Shown one piece after another: positions 8,951 through 19,434 of a stretch of DNA of 64,000 nt. Source of the stretch: Eledone cirrhosa. Its lineage: Eukaryota. Each line of letters starts with the position of its first letter. Position 1 is the first letter of the stretch. Below the pieces are notes generated by a model. The model did not search any database and was not told the origin of the DNA. It was given only the letters and a program-made list of their open reading frames with translations. Both the position numbers and the translations under genes were made by a program. The stretch is taken from positions 317,750,001 to 317,814,000 of the forward strand of contig OZ024742.1 of assembly GCA_964016885.1 (NCBI GenBank), in the 5' to 3' direction.

Positions 8951-10949
8951 CATGATGGCTGCCCCCTCGTTATCGAGTATGGCCTTTGCACGAGAAGAAA
9001 AAATAAATAAATAAATAAATAAATAAATAAAAAAATAAGAAAATAAAATAAATAAATAAATAAAAATAATAATAATAATAAATAAATAAAAAGAAAAAAA
9101 AAGAAATATATATATATATATACATACACACACACATACACACACACATACATTAATAACAATAATAATAATAATAATAACAACAATAATAATAACGACA
9201 ACAACAATAATAATATACATATACATATATATATACACACACACGCACACACATAAGCATATCTACACACACACGATAGCAACTAACAGTGCTGCGATCG
9301 AATGTGGCTTTTTAGCCCAGCCAATGATCTAAAATGTCTTGCACAGAGTCGGCAACCAAAACATTCACTGGGAATAGTCGGCTGTGGTTGGAGTTCGTGT
9401 ACTTTTGCATGTCGCTTGAGCCCCCCTGCTGATTTACATTCTCTACCACATGTTTGGCAAGCATGATGAGTAGCATCTCCAACAGCAGCCTGGTAGTCAA
9501 CCACTGGTCTTACTTTATGACTGCGAAGATGACTTTCGAGTCCAGTTTTGCTTAGGCAGAGTCTCGCACATACGCTGCATGTCAGCACCATAGGAGGACC
9601 CTCGCCGTCTGGAAGTGCAACAGCAATGCCCTTCCTCACATCACGCTTTACTTTCTCGTATGCGATTCGAGATGCCTCAAAGGCAACTTTTCCCTCATAT
9701 ACAGTCTTTCTCCATTTATTACGATCAGCAGCAATATTCTCCCATGTATCAGCAGAGATGTTGGCGTCTTTCAGAGAGGCTCTCAAGGAATCCTTATACC
9801 TCTTTTTTGGTTTATGTGGCGGTCGTTTTCCTTTAACCAACTCTCCATAAAAGAGTTGTTTTGGTATTCTAGAATCCTTCATCCTGGCAAGGTGACCACT
9901 CCAACGGAGTCGTTGCTTAAGCACAAGAGCTTCTATACTGTCACACATAGAGCTTTCCAAAATCTCGACATCACTGATGTGGTCCCTCCAGTGAACGCCA
10001 TGGATCCGTCTGAGACACATCTGATGGAAACGCTCCAATTGCTTAAGGTGGTGTCGATATGTGACCCAGGTCTCGCAGGCATAAAGAAGACAAGAGAGCA
10101 CACATGCCCTGTACACCTTTACCTTTGTCCTCCTGCATATGTCTCGCCGACCCCAGAGTCGCCTTTCTAGCTTTCCGAAAGCATCACTTGCTTTCCTAAT
10201 CCTAAGTGAGATTTCACTGTCAAGGTTGCTGTATCGATTGACAGTGCTTCCCAGGTAGACAAACTGATCAACCACTCCAAGTCGTTTGCCATACACATAG
10301 ATGTTTGGTTAAGTGTACTGCTTACCAGGGGTAGGTTGGTACATGACGACGGTTTTCTTGAGACTGACAGTCAGACCTAGGGCAGTGCAAGCGTCAGAAA
10401 ATGCATTCAAAATGTGCTGCATATCACTCTCTCTGTGCGCTACAAGATCGCAATCATCTGCATACAAGAGGTCTCTTATGATTGATGTAAACACTTTTGT
10501 CTTCGCAGCAAAGCGCCTGATGTTAAATATGCTGCCTGAGGTTCGATATCGGATGTAAACACCATGCTCGCAATTCCTGAATGCAATACAGAAAACCATT
10601 GCAAAGTATATGGCAAACAGGGTCGGTTCTGGAATATCCCCCTGTTTCACTCCATTTTTTACTGAGATAGGCTCCGACATGTTACCCCCGACATTAACCC
10701 AAGCCTTCATGTCGTCATGGAAAGACCTAACTAAAGCAAGGAACTTATCAGGGCAACCAAGTTTCTGGAGAACCTTCCATAATGCATCTCTGTTAACAGT
10801 ATCGAAAGCTTTTGTCAGATCGACAAAAACCTGATACAGATCCAAGCCTTGTTCCATGCACTTCTCCTGGAGCTGTCTAGCTGAGAAGATCATATCAGTA
10901 GTGCCGCGTCCAGCACGAAAACCAGATTGACTTTCAGGAAGAACACAAT
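8951..10949 (-). mobile_element. 5'-truncated RTE-clade LINE; 3' UTR interrupted by simple repeats; terminal stem-loop plus (TATG)n tail at 8951-8995
   Basis: RT coding remnant (see next feature). The 3' terminus GGCCATACTCGATAACGAGGGGGCAGCCATCATG(TATG)n is assigned to this LINE by position and orientation. Confidence 0.9.
9283..10949 (-). pseudogene. RTE-clade reverse transcriptase (N-terminally truncated, one in-frame TAA at 10309-10311) with three C-terminal C2H2 zinc fingers
   Basis: Motifs LPESQSGFRAGRGTTDMIF, VFVDLTKAFDTV, GVKQGD, LLYADD, FVYLGS, LLYACETW, RLRWSGHLARM. ORFs 10309-11001 and 9283-10296 are in the same frame. Fingers: CSVC..HLRSH, CQTC..HAKVH, CRLC..HIRSQH. Confidence 0.95.
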
Positions 10950-10972
10950 ACATACATACATACATACATACA

Positions 10973-11003
<31 letters not shown>

Positions 11004-11030
11004 GCCCGTACTTACCTACCTACCTACATA

Positions 11031-11635
11031 CATGGTGGTGGCTGCCAACTCGTTTTCGAGTACGGCTTCTACTTTATATCCATGTAGAAGAACCTCTACC
11101 GATGCGCTGAACGAGTGTGACTTTTTAGTCCAGCCAGCGACTTGAAAACTCTGGTACAAACACTACACATGTGACAATTATTGACACATAGTGCTGGGCC
11201 CATGGTACCATGTGACGACAAGTGCAGATAGATCTCCAGATATAAAGCAATGCCTGTGCCGTGAAGCTTTTATAGTGAGCAAAGGCACTGCACAAAGCCA
11301 GTCCCACTCTCTTAACCAAGATGTTATTTACCAAAAAGAAGAACAAGTCAACATCATTGGATACCATCAGGGTTGCAGGTGTTATATCAGAGTTTTCCTT
11401 CTCCTAGAATTCTGCCTTGACAAATGCTAAGGGGTCATCTCTCCCGGTGATTTTGGATGGCCATTGACTCTTAAGAGCTCCTTTGACAGGTTTTGTTTTT
11501 AGTCCTGCAGGATGTTCAAAGTCACCCTCCTCACCAAGAAACCTTGGTGGGGTGACCAGTTTAGTCGCCAACGACCCGACCATGAGACAGGTTGTATTGG
11601 GATACATGTTACCAGTAGCACCAACTGGTAACCTC
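11031..11635 (-). mobile_element. Longest (~605 bp) copy of non-autonomous RTE-related element family A
   Basis: 5' hairpin GTTACCAGT/ACTGGTAAC; RTE-5'UTR-like CTAGGAGAAGGAAAACTCTGAT; RTE-like 3' stem-loop; (TATG)n on both sides; no ORF. Confidence 0.85.
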
Positions 11636-11722
11636 ATACATACATACATACATACATACATACATACATACATACATACATACATACATACATACATACA
11701 TACATACATACATACATACATA

Positions 11723-12182
11723 CATGATGCCTGCAAACTCTGCAAAGAGTATTGCAATCGCTTGTCAGATTAGAGAGTTTGGTACACTTTTAGGCTACGG
11801 CCAACCACGCGAACCGGTAACATATCCTGAACAAGCAATGCCTGTGCTTTGAAGGTTTTTTAAGTGGGTAAAGGCCTTGCACTCGACCAATCCCTCTCTC
11901 TGAGCATCGAAAACACTACCCGAAAAGGAGAACTAGTCAACATCATCAGATGCTTCTGAAGCCGCAGTTTTTTTTCGGAGTTTCTCTCTCCTAGAAAGGT
12001 GTTGTGACAACAACTGCGGGCCTTTCACTCCCAGGTGAATTTAAAAAAACTACTATTTGGATGGCCGAGTTCCTCCGCCCTTTGCCGGGTCTTGTATTTC
12101 ATTCCGCAGGGTGTCCATATATCACCCTCCTCACCAAGCAAGCTTGGTGGGGTTGCTGGTTTAGTCGCCAACGACCCGACTA
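11723..12182 (-). mobile_element. Diverged relative of family A (family B), in (TATG)n
   Basis: Shares GTCGGGTCGTTGGCGACTAAAC, CCCCACCAAG..CTTGGTGAGGAGGGTGA, GGCCATCCAAA, CTAGGAGA, TGATGTTGACT and GCACAGGCATTGCTT with family A. Ends GCAGGCATCATG(TATG)n. Confidence 0.8.
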
Positions 12183-12236
12183 TACATGCATACATACATA
12201 CATACATACATACATACATACATACATACTTACTTA

Positions 12237-12626
12237 CATGATGACTGTCGACTCTTATATCGAATAAAATAAGACTCCCTTTTCAGCCTCTTTCTCAATC
12301 CCTTTAAGGAGGTACTGCCTTCCCATCATGAGCTTTCAAGATGACAAAGACATACACCTGTATAGCAAGGCCAAGATCCCACCCCGCCTTGGCAACAAAA
12401 GTATTTCAACATAGGACACAGCACAATAGATGATCGAAGGATTGTGTCTGCTTCCTCCCATACTACACATGTCTGAGTGACTAGACTTCGGAAGTGTCGG
12501 TATTTCATTGTCGCAGAAGCACGTGATATTCTGATCGTCGCCACCTTTATACACACATTCGTATGATGTTTAAGATAGATTTAAAGCCATGGTGGTCTTC
12601 ACTTTAAATCTATCTTAAACATCATA
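12237..12626 (-). mobile_element. Third retroelement-like unit with RTE-like 3' end; 25-bp inverted repeat at the far end (12562-12586 / 12602-12626)
   Basis: The minus strand ends ...GAGTCGACAGTCATCATG then TAAG/TATG repeats. Arms TATGATGTTTAAGATAGATTTAAAG / CTTTAAATCTATCTTAAACATCATA. Confidence 0.5.
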
Positions 12627-13406
12627 ATATAACATTGAATTATAACATTGAATTACCATCTGCAGCAAATCTTTTCGGCAACATTCTCCCCCAAAGATTA
12701 CAAGCATGAAAATTAGGATAGCTAATAAACTTGTGGAGGGACATAACATACACGCTCGCACAGATCTCTATCTATCTATCTGCTGTCTGTCTATTTCTCT
12801 CTCTCTCTCTCTTCATACACACAATCACAAACAGATTCCCTAAACACCTTGCCGCAACCCTGAACTACATTAAACTATATATTACATTTACGGCCTCCAA
12901 AAGAGGCACTCAGATGAAGCAACTGAGCTAAAACTTCGAAGTTACTGCCACTTTTATACACAAAAAAAACAAATTTCTACACTCTACCAACCAGTATTGA
13001 GTACTCATTCGGTTAATGTTTGACTGTTTTACACACACCCAAATACATACCTACATATATATGTATAGATATAGATATAGATAGATAGATATCGTGTGCA
13101 AAACTCGAACTTTCCAACTTACGAAGTACTAAAAGAATATGAAGTTCAGGCACAGAAATATAACTGTAACTACAATCAGTTGTTCCCTAATTTAGACGGT
13201 AAGATATTATCAGAGGTCTCTAAGTTCATTTGTTAGATCACCCAACCAATGTTTGAGAGATATGAGGTTCGAATCTTCGTAGCGGCCGCTGGTAGTATTT
13301 TTTCGTCTATAAGTGTCTTTATCCGATTTCAGAGCAACCGACTATATCTATATGTACAGTTATTTATCTGCACTTGGGCGTACTACGTTTTCTAAGAGCT
13401 ATATAC

Positions 13407-13513
<107 letters not shown>

Positions 13514-13877
13514 GCAATTGCTTTTGCATAGGTAGTTTTCTCCTGGTAAACTGAATTTTCGTCTTATATTCTAAGCATTACGAGCGACTTCACTTATTAT
13601 TTAATACCCTAATTATCGCAGCCACCATTTATCATCACTTGACGTGAATAGAACTGACCACCCGTTCATAAATAGTAGTGATGACGGGACGTTAACAAAT
13701 TACCTCTACCACTCTAGTGTTGATATCTTTATAGATTTATATATATCTTGTTATATCCAAAACTACGAGATATAATTAGTTATATCATTGCAGACTTCAT
13801 TTTAGATATATCTAAAGCGTAAAAGGATTGTAAAAATGATATAACAGGATAACGGTATTGAAAAGTTTTGAATGTAG

Positions 13878-14222
13878 CAGTGCCAAATGATTAAGGAGTT
13901 CCCTTCATATTCATGAGGTCTCGTGTTCGATTTCACTATGTGACATTTTGGGCAAGTGTCATTTACCATAGCTTTCGGTTGACCCAAACATTGCAAGTGA
14001 TAGTGGGTAGATGAAAATTGTGTCCAAGCCTGTCAGATGGACTGTATCTTTAATTTGAAGCTTCAATAACATTGTCACACACTGACACGGTGAATCTCCC
14101 TGAGAATTGCGTTATGGCTACACATATCTGCAAAACATTCAGCTACTTGAACAATAATTTCATAAACAGGTTGTTTCGTTGATCGAACAATAACACTCAT
14201 CGTAGAAACCGACGAAGTCATC
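13878..14222 (+). mobile_element. Diverged tRNA-derived SINE (family S2)
   Basis: tRNA-like head with GTTCGATT, then TTGGGCAAGTGTC...GGTAGA.GAAA and a 3' part ...CTCATCGTAGAAACCGACG. Related pieces at ~18050-18170, 20450-20540, 21440-21670, 46770-46940 and 56860-57145. Confidence 0.6.
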
Positions 14223-14278
14223 ATCATTCTGGAGCAACTCCAGTAAATAATGAGATTTTATAGTTGCTAAGTCAAGCT

Positions 14279-14361
14279 GTTGTGATAACTCGAGTTGATA
14301 AGGCGTTAAACTTGAAATTCAATTGCCAATGCCCTCAGAAGATCAAATCCTGTCTACGGTG
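14279..14361 (+). pseudogene. tRNA-Ser(TGA)-like pseudogene or tRNA-derived fragment
   Basis: GTTGTGATAACTCGAGTTGATAAGGCGTTAAACTTGAAATTCAA...AGATCAAATCCTGTCTACGGTG aligns by eye to metazoan tRNA-Ser (GCTGTGATGGCCGAGTGGTTAAGGCGTTGGACTTGAAATCCAA...GGTTCGAATCCTG), with many stem-breaking changes. Confidence 0.6.
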
Positions 14362-14573
14362 CTCTTATTTTGATGGGTAGTAGAGAATATCTGTTATCGG
14401 ATTTAGTATCACTATCTGGAAGTTAGGTGCCTTTAGCTGAATCCACTTTACACTAAGAATTTGAAAGCGGTCTCTCCTTTGGGGATAACCCATGAGTTGT
14501 GGTTTATTCTTCCCATATAATCGTAATAAAATATACGTAAGCATACGCCCTATAAAACAGTGATTACTAATAC

Positions 14574-14767
14574 CAGACCTGTCAACTGTCCCCGTCCTAC
14601 AGGGATATCTCCCACTCACTTTGGGGTGGGTAAGAGATGTCTTCTCTAGTGAAAATGGGTATAGCTTTCATTATGTAAAATCTCCCCATTTTGCCTCACT
14701 TCTCTCCGTTTTGAGGCACTTTTTTCATGGTACTCCCCGTTTGGGTTTTTAGAGGTTGGCAAGTCTG
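14574..14767 (+). mobile_element. 194-bp MITE with 13-bp imperfect TIRs and a 6-bp target-site duplication (TAATAC)
   Basis: taatac|CAGACCTGTCAAC...GTTGGCAAGTCTG|taatac. Other copies at 49837-50094 and 58573-58766. Confidence 0.8.
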
Positions 14768-15171
14768 TAATACTAATTCTTTTTTGTCACATGTTCGAAC
14801 ATGTGACTTCGCTATATAAGATGGAGATAAGCAGCAGCATCATAGAATCGGTGGACAGCCAGCGAGCAAGCTCAGTTACTAACAGAGATATTTATTTCTA
14901 TTGCCTCCAATGTATGCAAGATGAAGCTTCGTGTTAACCTCCCTTTTCTTTTTAATTTCCTGGAATTTGTTTCGTCAACAGTCAGGAAATTGTTGTCCCT
15001 AAACTAGAATTTATTTACAGTTCAACATTACTATCAGAAACAGGATCCCGCATTGCAGAAGCTTATTGATTCTTATCGTCCCTGTTGTTGTTAAGATAGC
15101 ACTGATTGTGTAAACGTATTATCAAAGTCATTCAATGTAACCACCTGGATTGTTTGTATATCTCAGACTAT

Positions 15172-15290
<119 letters not shown>

Positions 15291-15384
15291 TCACACCTAT
15301 GCAGATTTAGCTGGCCTCCTCCAAGGTATATCTCGTTGAAAGTGTCTTGGGTAATTTAATGATAGGGACCCCAGTCCTATCATC

Positions 15385-15518
15385 TCATTTCTACAGCTGA
15401 GTAAACTGGAGCAACGTGAAATAAAGTGTCTTGCTCAAGGAAACAACACATCACCCGGTCCGAGAATTGAACTCACTACCTTTCGATTGCAAGCACAATC
15501 CACTAAGCCATGCGCCTT
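15385..15518 (-). mobile_element. tRNA-derived SINE (family S3)
   Basis: Plus strand CTGGAGCAACGTGAAATAAAGTGTCTTGCTCAAGG...GAATTGAACTC...CCACTAAGCCATGCGCC is the reverse complement of a tRNA head plus core. Relatives at ~56340-56470 (+) and ~49275-49375 (-). Confidence 0.7.
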
Positions 15519-15959
15519 CACCAGACTATAGTGTGCGGTGTGTCGATTTTGTTTTAAGATAAAATGTGACTTTAGTAAAATTTGGCTACTATTTCTAGTA
15601 GATCGAGCAACTGTGTATAATACTGGACCTTTTCTGAATAAAAATTCCCATGGAAATATTTTGTAGATCTTCACAATATATAATTTAATCGCAGTATATG
15701 TAATTACGCATCCAACATACCATGGCAATGTATGATGTCCCACCTCTTCCTGTCCTCACCAAATTGCATGTCACATCATTTCTCTCACAACAGTAAACAA
15801 AGAATTATTCGTAAAAGGAAAAACATTGATGGCTTTTGTGTTGCTGAATGTCTGATATTTGTTACATCAAAATAAACTTAAAAGTAAAACTGTTGTGTCA
15901 TTATGAATTTAAAGAACTATAAGACAACCAAAGAAATAATACCACTGATATTGTTTGTT

Positions 15960-16310
15960 GGAAACCTAAACTTTTTTTCCAAATATCTGCAGGTTGGATG
16001 CTTGACAAACAGACTCTGATGTCAAACTCCACATTGCTGAATGTTTGCTTTTTTTTTTGTTTGTTTTTAAGTTGAAACTTTATACTCACAGAGCAAGAAA
16101 ATCGAGAACTGGAGAAAAACAATAAAAGCTTTCTTTGACAAAAGCTGACAGTCCTTTTTAAGGCAGATTTAAAAGTTGACTTCAAACATCTTGTTTTCCA
16201 AACCCACGCGATGTTTTTTCTTGATGTTTGAAATTTTTCATTTCCATAGTTTATGAGAAAGAATATACTCTCCGGTAGCATAGAAAAAGTATTCGCAGCA
16301 CATCTAGTCA
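15960..16310 (-). mobile_element. Degraded hAT (Buster/Charlie-like) transposase C-terminal remnant
   Basis: ORF 15901-16311 contains LKNKQKKKQTFSNVEFDIRVCLSSIQP, resembling the hAT C-terminal pattern K.K.RNRLNVE.DLRV.LS.I.P. Confidence 0.5.
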
Positions 16311-17216
16311 CTCTTCGTTAATCTAAATCTCTATATTCTGAGAGGTGGCACTTTGGTAACTTTGAACAAAAAGATGATTAAATGTTTTGTTACCTGAGTA
16401 TACCCTAAATTTAACATTTTGTTTCGATTGCTGAAGCCTAGTTTCGATTCCTAGCTGGAAGCTATTTCCTTCACTTTAAAGCTAATGGAGGTACTAAATA
16501 GAAGAGTTTGCTCTTGTCGATATTTTTGTTATGATTGTTGTTTAGCACACAGTCCACCGTGACGGAGCAGACCTATGGTCATAGGTGCTCAAGCCTCTAG
16601 GATCATGCTTTTATTTAGTACACAGAGCACGTCACGCGGTAAATTCTCTGACACGTTGGACAAAATACCCTATTGTGTTTGTTTGTTCTGTGCGCTCTTT
16701 TTCCAAAACCTACTGTAGCCTATTTGGGTGACCTTACCATTTTCCGGGGAAACGCCTTCTCCATTCTGTCCGCCGGGGCTGTGGGAAGGCCAGCACGTGG
16801 TACCCCATTAGCTCACCATGCAGAGAGATGGGGAGGGCGAGATAGATGGAGGCGATGACAGTAGGAGTTCGGCTCTTCCACGTTCGGACCATATCCTTGT
16901 GGTTGTGTATAGAATAGAAAATTATAGATGATAATTATGTTCTTCACCTATCCATAACATGAATCAAACTAATGATGTCCAACTGGTAAATGGCTTAACA
17001 CCACCGCCTGTTTTTTTTTGTTTTTTTTTGTTTTTTTTGTTTTTTTGTGGTGGGTGTATTGTGTGTGTGTGGGGGGGGGGGGGGGGCATTTAGTGAAGTT
17101 TTCTTTGCTGCAAGCATTCGGGCCAGGTCTCTTGCTTTGAAATTCCCTCCCTTCCACTAGTCATGTAGGCCCTGAAAATTAAAGGTGATAAGTACAGCTT
17201 TACCCTCCTTGACTAA

Positions 17217-17428
17217 ATAATAGTTTCTTATATAGGCACAAGGCCAGCAATTTTTTGGGAGGGGAAAGTCAATTAAATCGACTCCAGTGCTTGACTGGTA
17301 CTTTATTTTATCGACCCCGTAAGGATGAAAGGCAAAGTTAACCTCGGCGTGATTTGAACTCAGATCATAAAGGGCCGTAACTCTATGCTGTAAAGCATGG
17401 CGTCCGACCCTCTACCGATACTGCCAAA
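17217..17428 (-). mobile_element. tRNA-derived SINE family S1, near full length
   Basis: Reverse complement closely matches 55877-56071, and it matches 57612-57789 directly. Confidence 0.85.
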
Positions 17429-18269
17429 CCACTACCCTTCCTTGACTAAATAATAAAAATAATTGTGTTACTGAAGTATGATAAAAACTTACTTGGATAT
17501 ACAAACATGCGCATACGTATACATGCATACTCATACACACACACATACACACACACAACACACACGCACATATGCACACATTTATTTCTGTCATGTGATG
17601 GTGACTTTACGAAATTATCTGAGTAAAACACTGCTAGATCTAATGGTAAATAGTTGTCGAGGGGAAGTGGTAGTATCTATGGTGCTGATATTGATGTGAC
17701 TGGGTATGGTGATGGGGGTAATGGGATAAGAAACAGCTATGTTAGAGGCTGGTGATTTGATTGATGCTGGTGAGGATTGTGATAGTATTATTGGTGGATG
17801 AAGTGGAGATATTGTTTTTGTTGCAGCTGTTGATGATGATGATGACTGATGATTGATCCTCCGTTTGTTACAACGATGAGCATTTGGTTGTTCGATCAAC
17901 AGAACTACCTACACGTTAAATTTATGTGGGGTTATGTTTGAAGTGATGATAACAATGACGACAACGACAGTGATGATAATGATGATGATGATGATGATGA
18001 TGGTGATAACGACGACGATGACAAGGAGGAGGAGGAGGAGGAGGGGGGATCGACGGAACTACCTACTCGTTAAATTAATGTGTAAGTTATCTGAGTATTC
18101 CTGACTCGTGTACCTTTAAAATAATTCTTAAGTGGAATCAGCGTGACACAGTATGATAAGGTTGGACCTTTAAATTATTTATATCATCCATCCAGTGGAA
18201 TTCCCCAGTCCCCGTCTATGCAATTTCACTTAAAACACTTACGTCCAACAAGTCTTGGAAAATGACATT

Positions 18270-18430
18270 TTCCCAACGTTTTCCCCTTTTAACCATGCTG
18301 TGTCCACTTTTCCCTTTTCCCTTTTCCCTTTTCCCTTTTCCCCATTCCCCCATTTCCATTTTTCCCTTTTTCCCCATTTCCCCATTTCCATTTTCCCCTT
18401 TTTCCCCATTTAACCATGCTGTGTCCACTG
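18270..18430. repeat. (TTTTCC/TTCCCC) polypyrimidine tract bounded by the direct repeat TTTAACCATGCTGTGTCCACT
   Basis: Direct reading (copies at ~18288-18308 and ~18409-18429). Confidence 0.75.
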
Positions 18431-18661
18431 ACAGGCAAAACAATATCCTAAACTAACATATTTCTACACTCCCTGCTGACACAACTACACACGCCCGGGT
18501 TAACCATTATTCAAAATATACACGACATTAGAGTACCAAGGAAAGGGAGAAACCATAAAGATTGTTTTCCAGTGCCGTATTTACCATTGTAAAAATGGTA
18601 CAGCTAGACCAGGGGCTTCTCAAACGTTGCTGTTGCATGTTCCCCTAATTTTGATCCATAT

Positions 18662-18826
18662 GCCGTTTCGACAGCTAAATCCGTTCGGATCTAGCTGTCG
18701 AAACGGTCGGAGCTCAGCCGTCGGGGTTCTGACTATTTTCCTATTACCCTCTCTACTACCCTAAGTATCGAGTACTCTTGTGTGTTATGGTCCACCTGGT
18801 ATCTTACCATACCTTCTTTACTTATT
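18662..18826 (+). mobile_element. Dispersed element with a 5' fold-back (family P); copies at 51101-51252 (+) and 60870-60938 (-)
   Basis: Shared GATCTAGCTGTC(G/A)AAACGG..GGAGCTCAGCCGTCGGGG...CTACTACCCTAAGTAT.GAGTACT...TTATGGTCCACCTGGTATCTT. Hairpin at 18663-18706. Confidence 0.75.
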
Positions 18827-18867
18827 GTACATACATACATACATACATACATACATACATACATACA

Positions 18868-18900
<33 letters not shown>

Positions 18901-19108
18901 TCGTCTGTAACACAACAAAATTTGACACACAAACATACAAATACACACAGTGTATTTTCTATCTCTTGCCAGATAAATCTACCAAAATATACGGTAGTGT
19001 CCAATCCGTATGAAGAACTCAATGTAATCCAAATATCATGAAAAGAGATGTATTCAAAAAGTTTTTAGATGAAAATCACAGGAAAACAGAGTCAAGATAA
19101 ATTAATAA

Positions 19109-19151
19109 AAACAGTTCCTTATATTAAATGTTTTAATATAAGGAACTGTTT
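19109..19151. repeat. 20-bp-arm hairpin
   Basis: AAACAGTTCCTTATATTAAA-tgt-TTTAATATAAGGAACTGTTT. Confidence 0.9.
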
Positions 19152-19240
19152 CTTTGTTTTTATTCATTGTTTTTATTAATTTATATATATATATAGTGAT
19201 GAAACATAAGTCAATTGCATGAACTCATAATCCTTTATTT

Positions 19241-19296
19241 ACTGCTATATATATTTCGATGATAGCCATTGAATAGCTATGACCTCATCAGGCAGT
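19241..19296 (-). ncRNA. Type I hammerhead ribozyme with palindromic (AT) stem III
   Basis: ACTGC-CTGATGA-GGTC-ATAGCTA-ttcaa-TGGCTAT-CATC-GAAA-TATATATA-GCAGT, followed by AATAAA. Confidence 0.8.
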
Positions 19297-19360
19297 TAGT
19301 CAGTTCTTAAATATGCCAGCTCTGTGTTTATGGTGTTGATGGTATCAGAGCCTTGGGACA

Positions 19361-19434
<74 letters not shown>

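Noticed and set aside
9283-10296. Stand-alone C2H2 zinc-finger gene
   Set aside because: It is in frame with upstream RT motifs across a single stop, so it is the C-terminus of a LINE ORF.
14279-14361. Functional tRNA-Ser
   Set aside because: The T-loop (GATCAAAT), D-arm and stems are degenerate; kept only as a pseudogene.
17960-18050. (GAT)n/(GAG)n tract that could encode poly-Asp/Glu
   Set aside because: It is a trinucleotide microsatellite adjoining SINE remnants, with no splice or ORF context.
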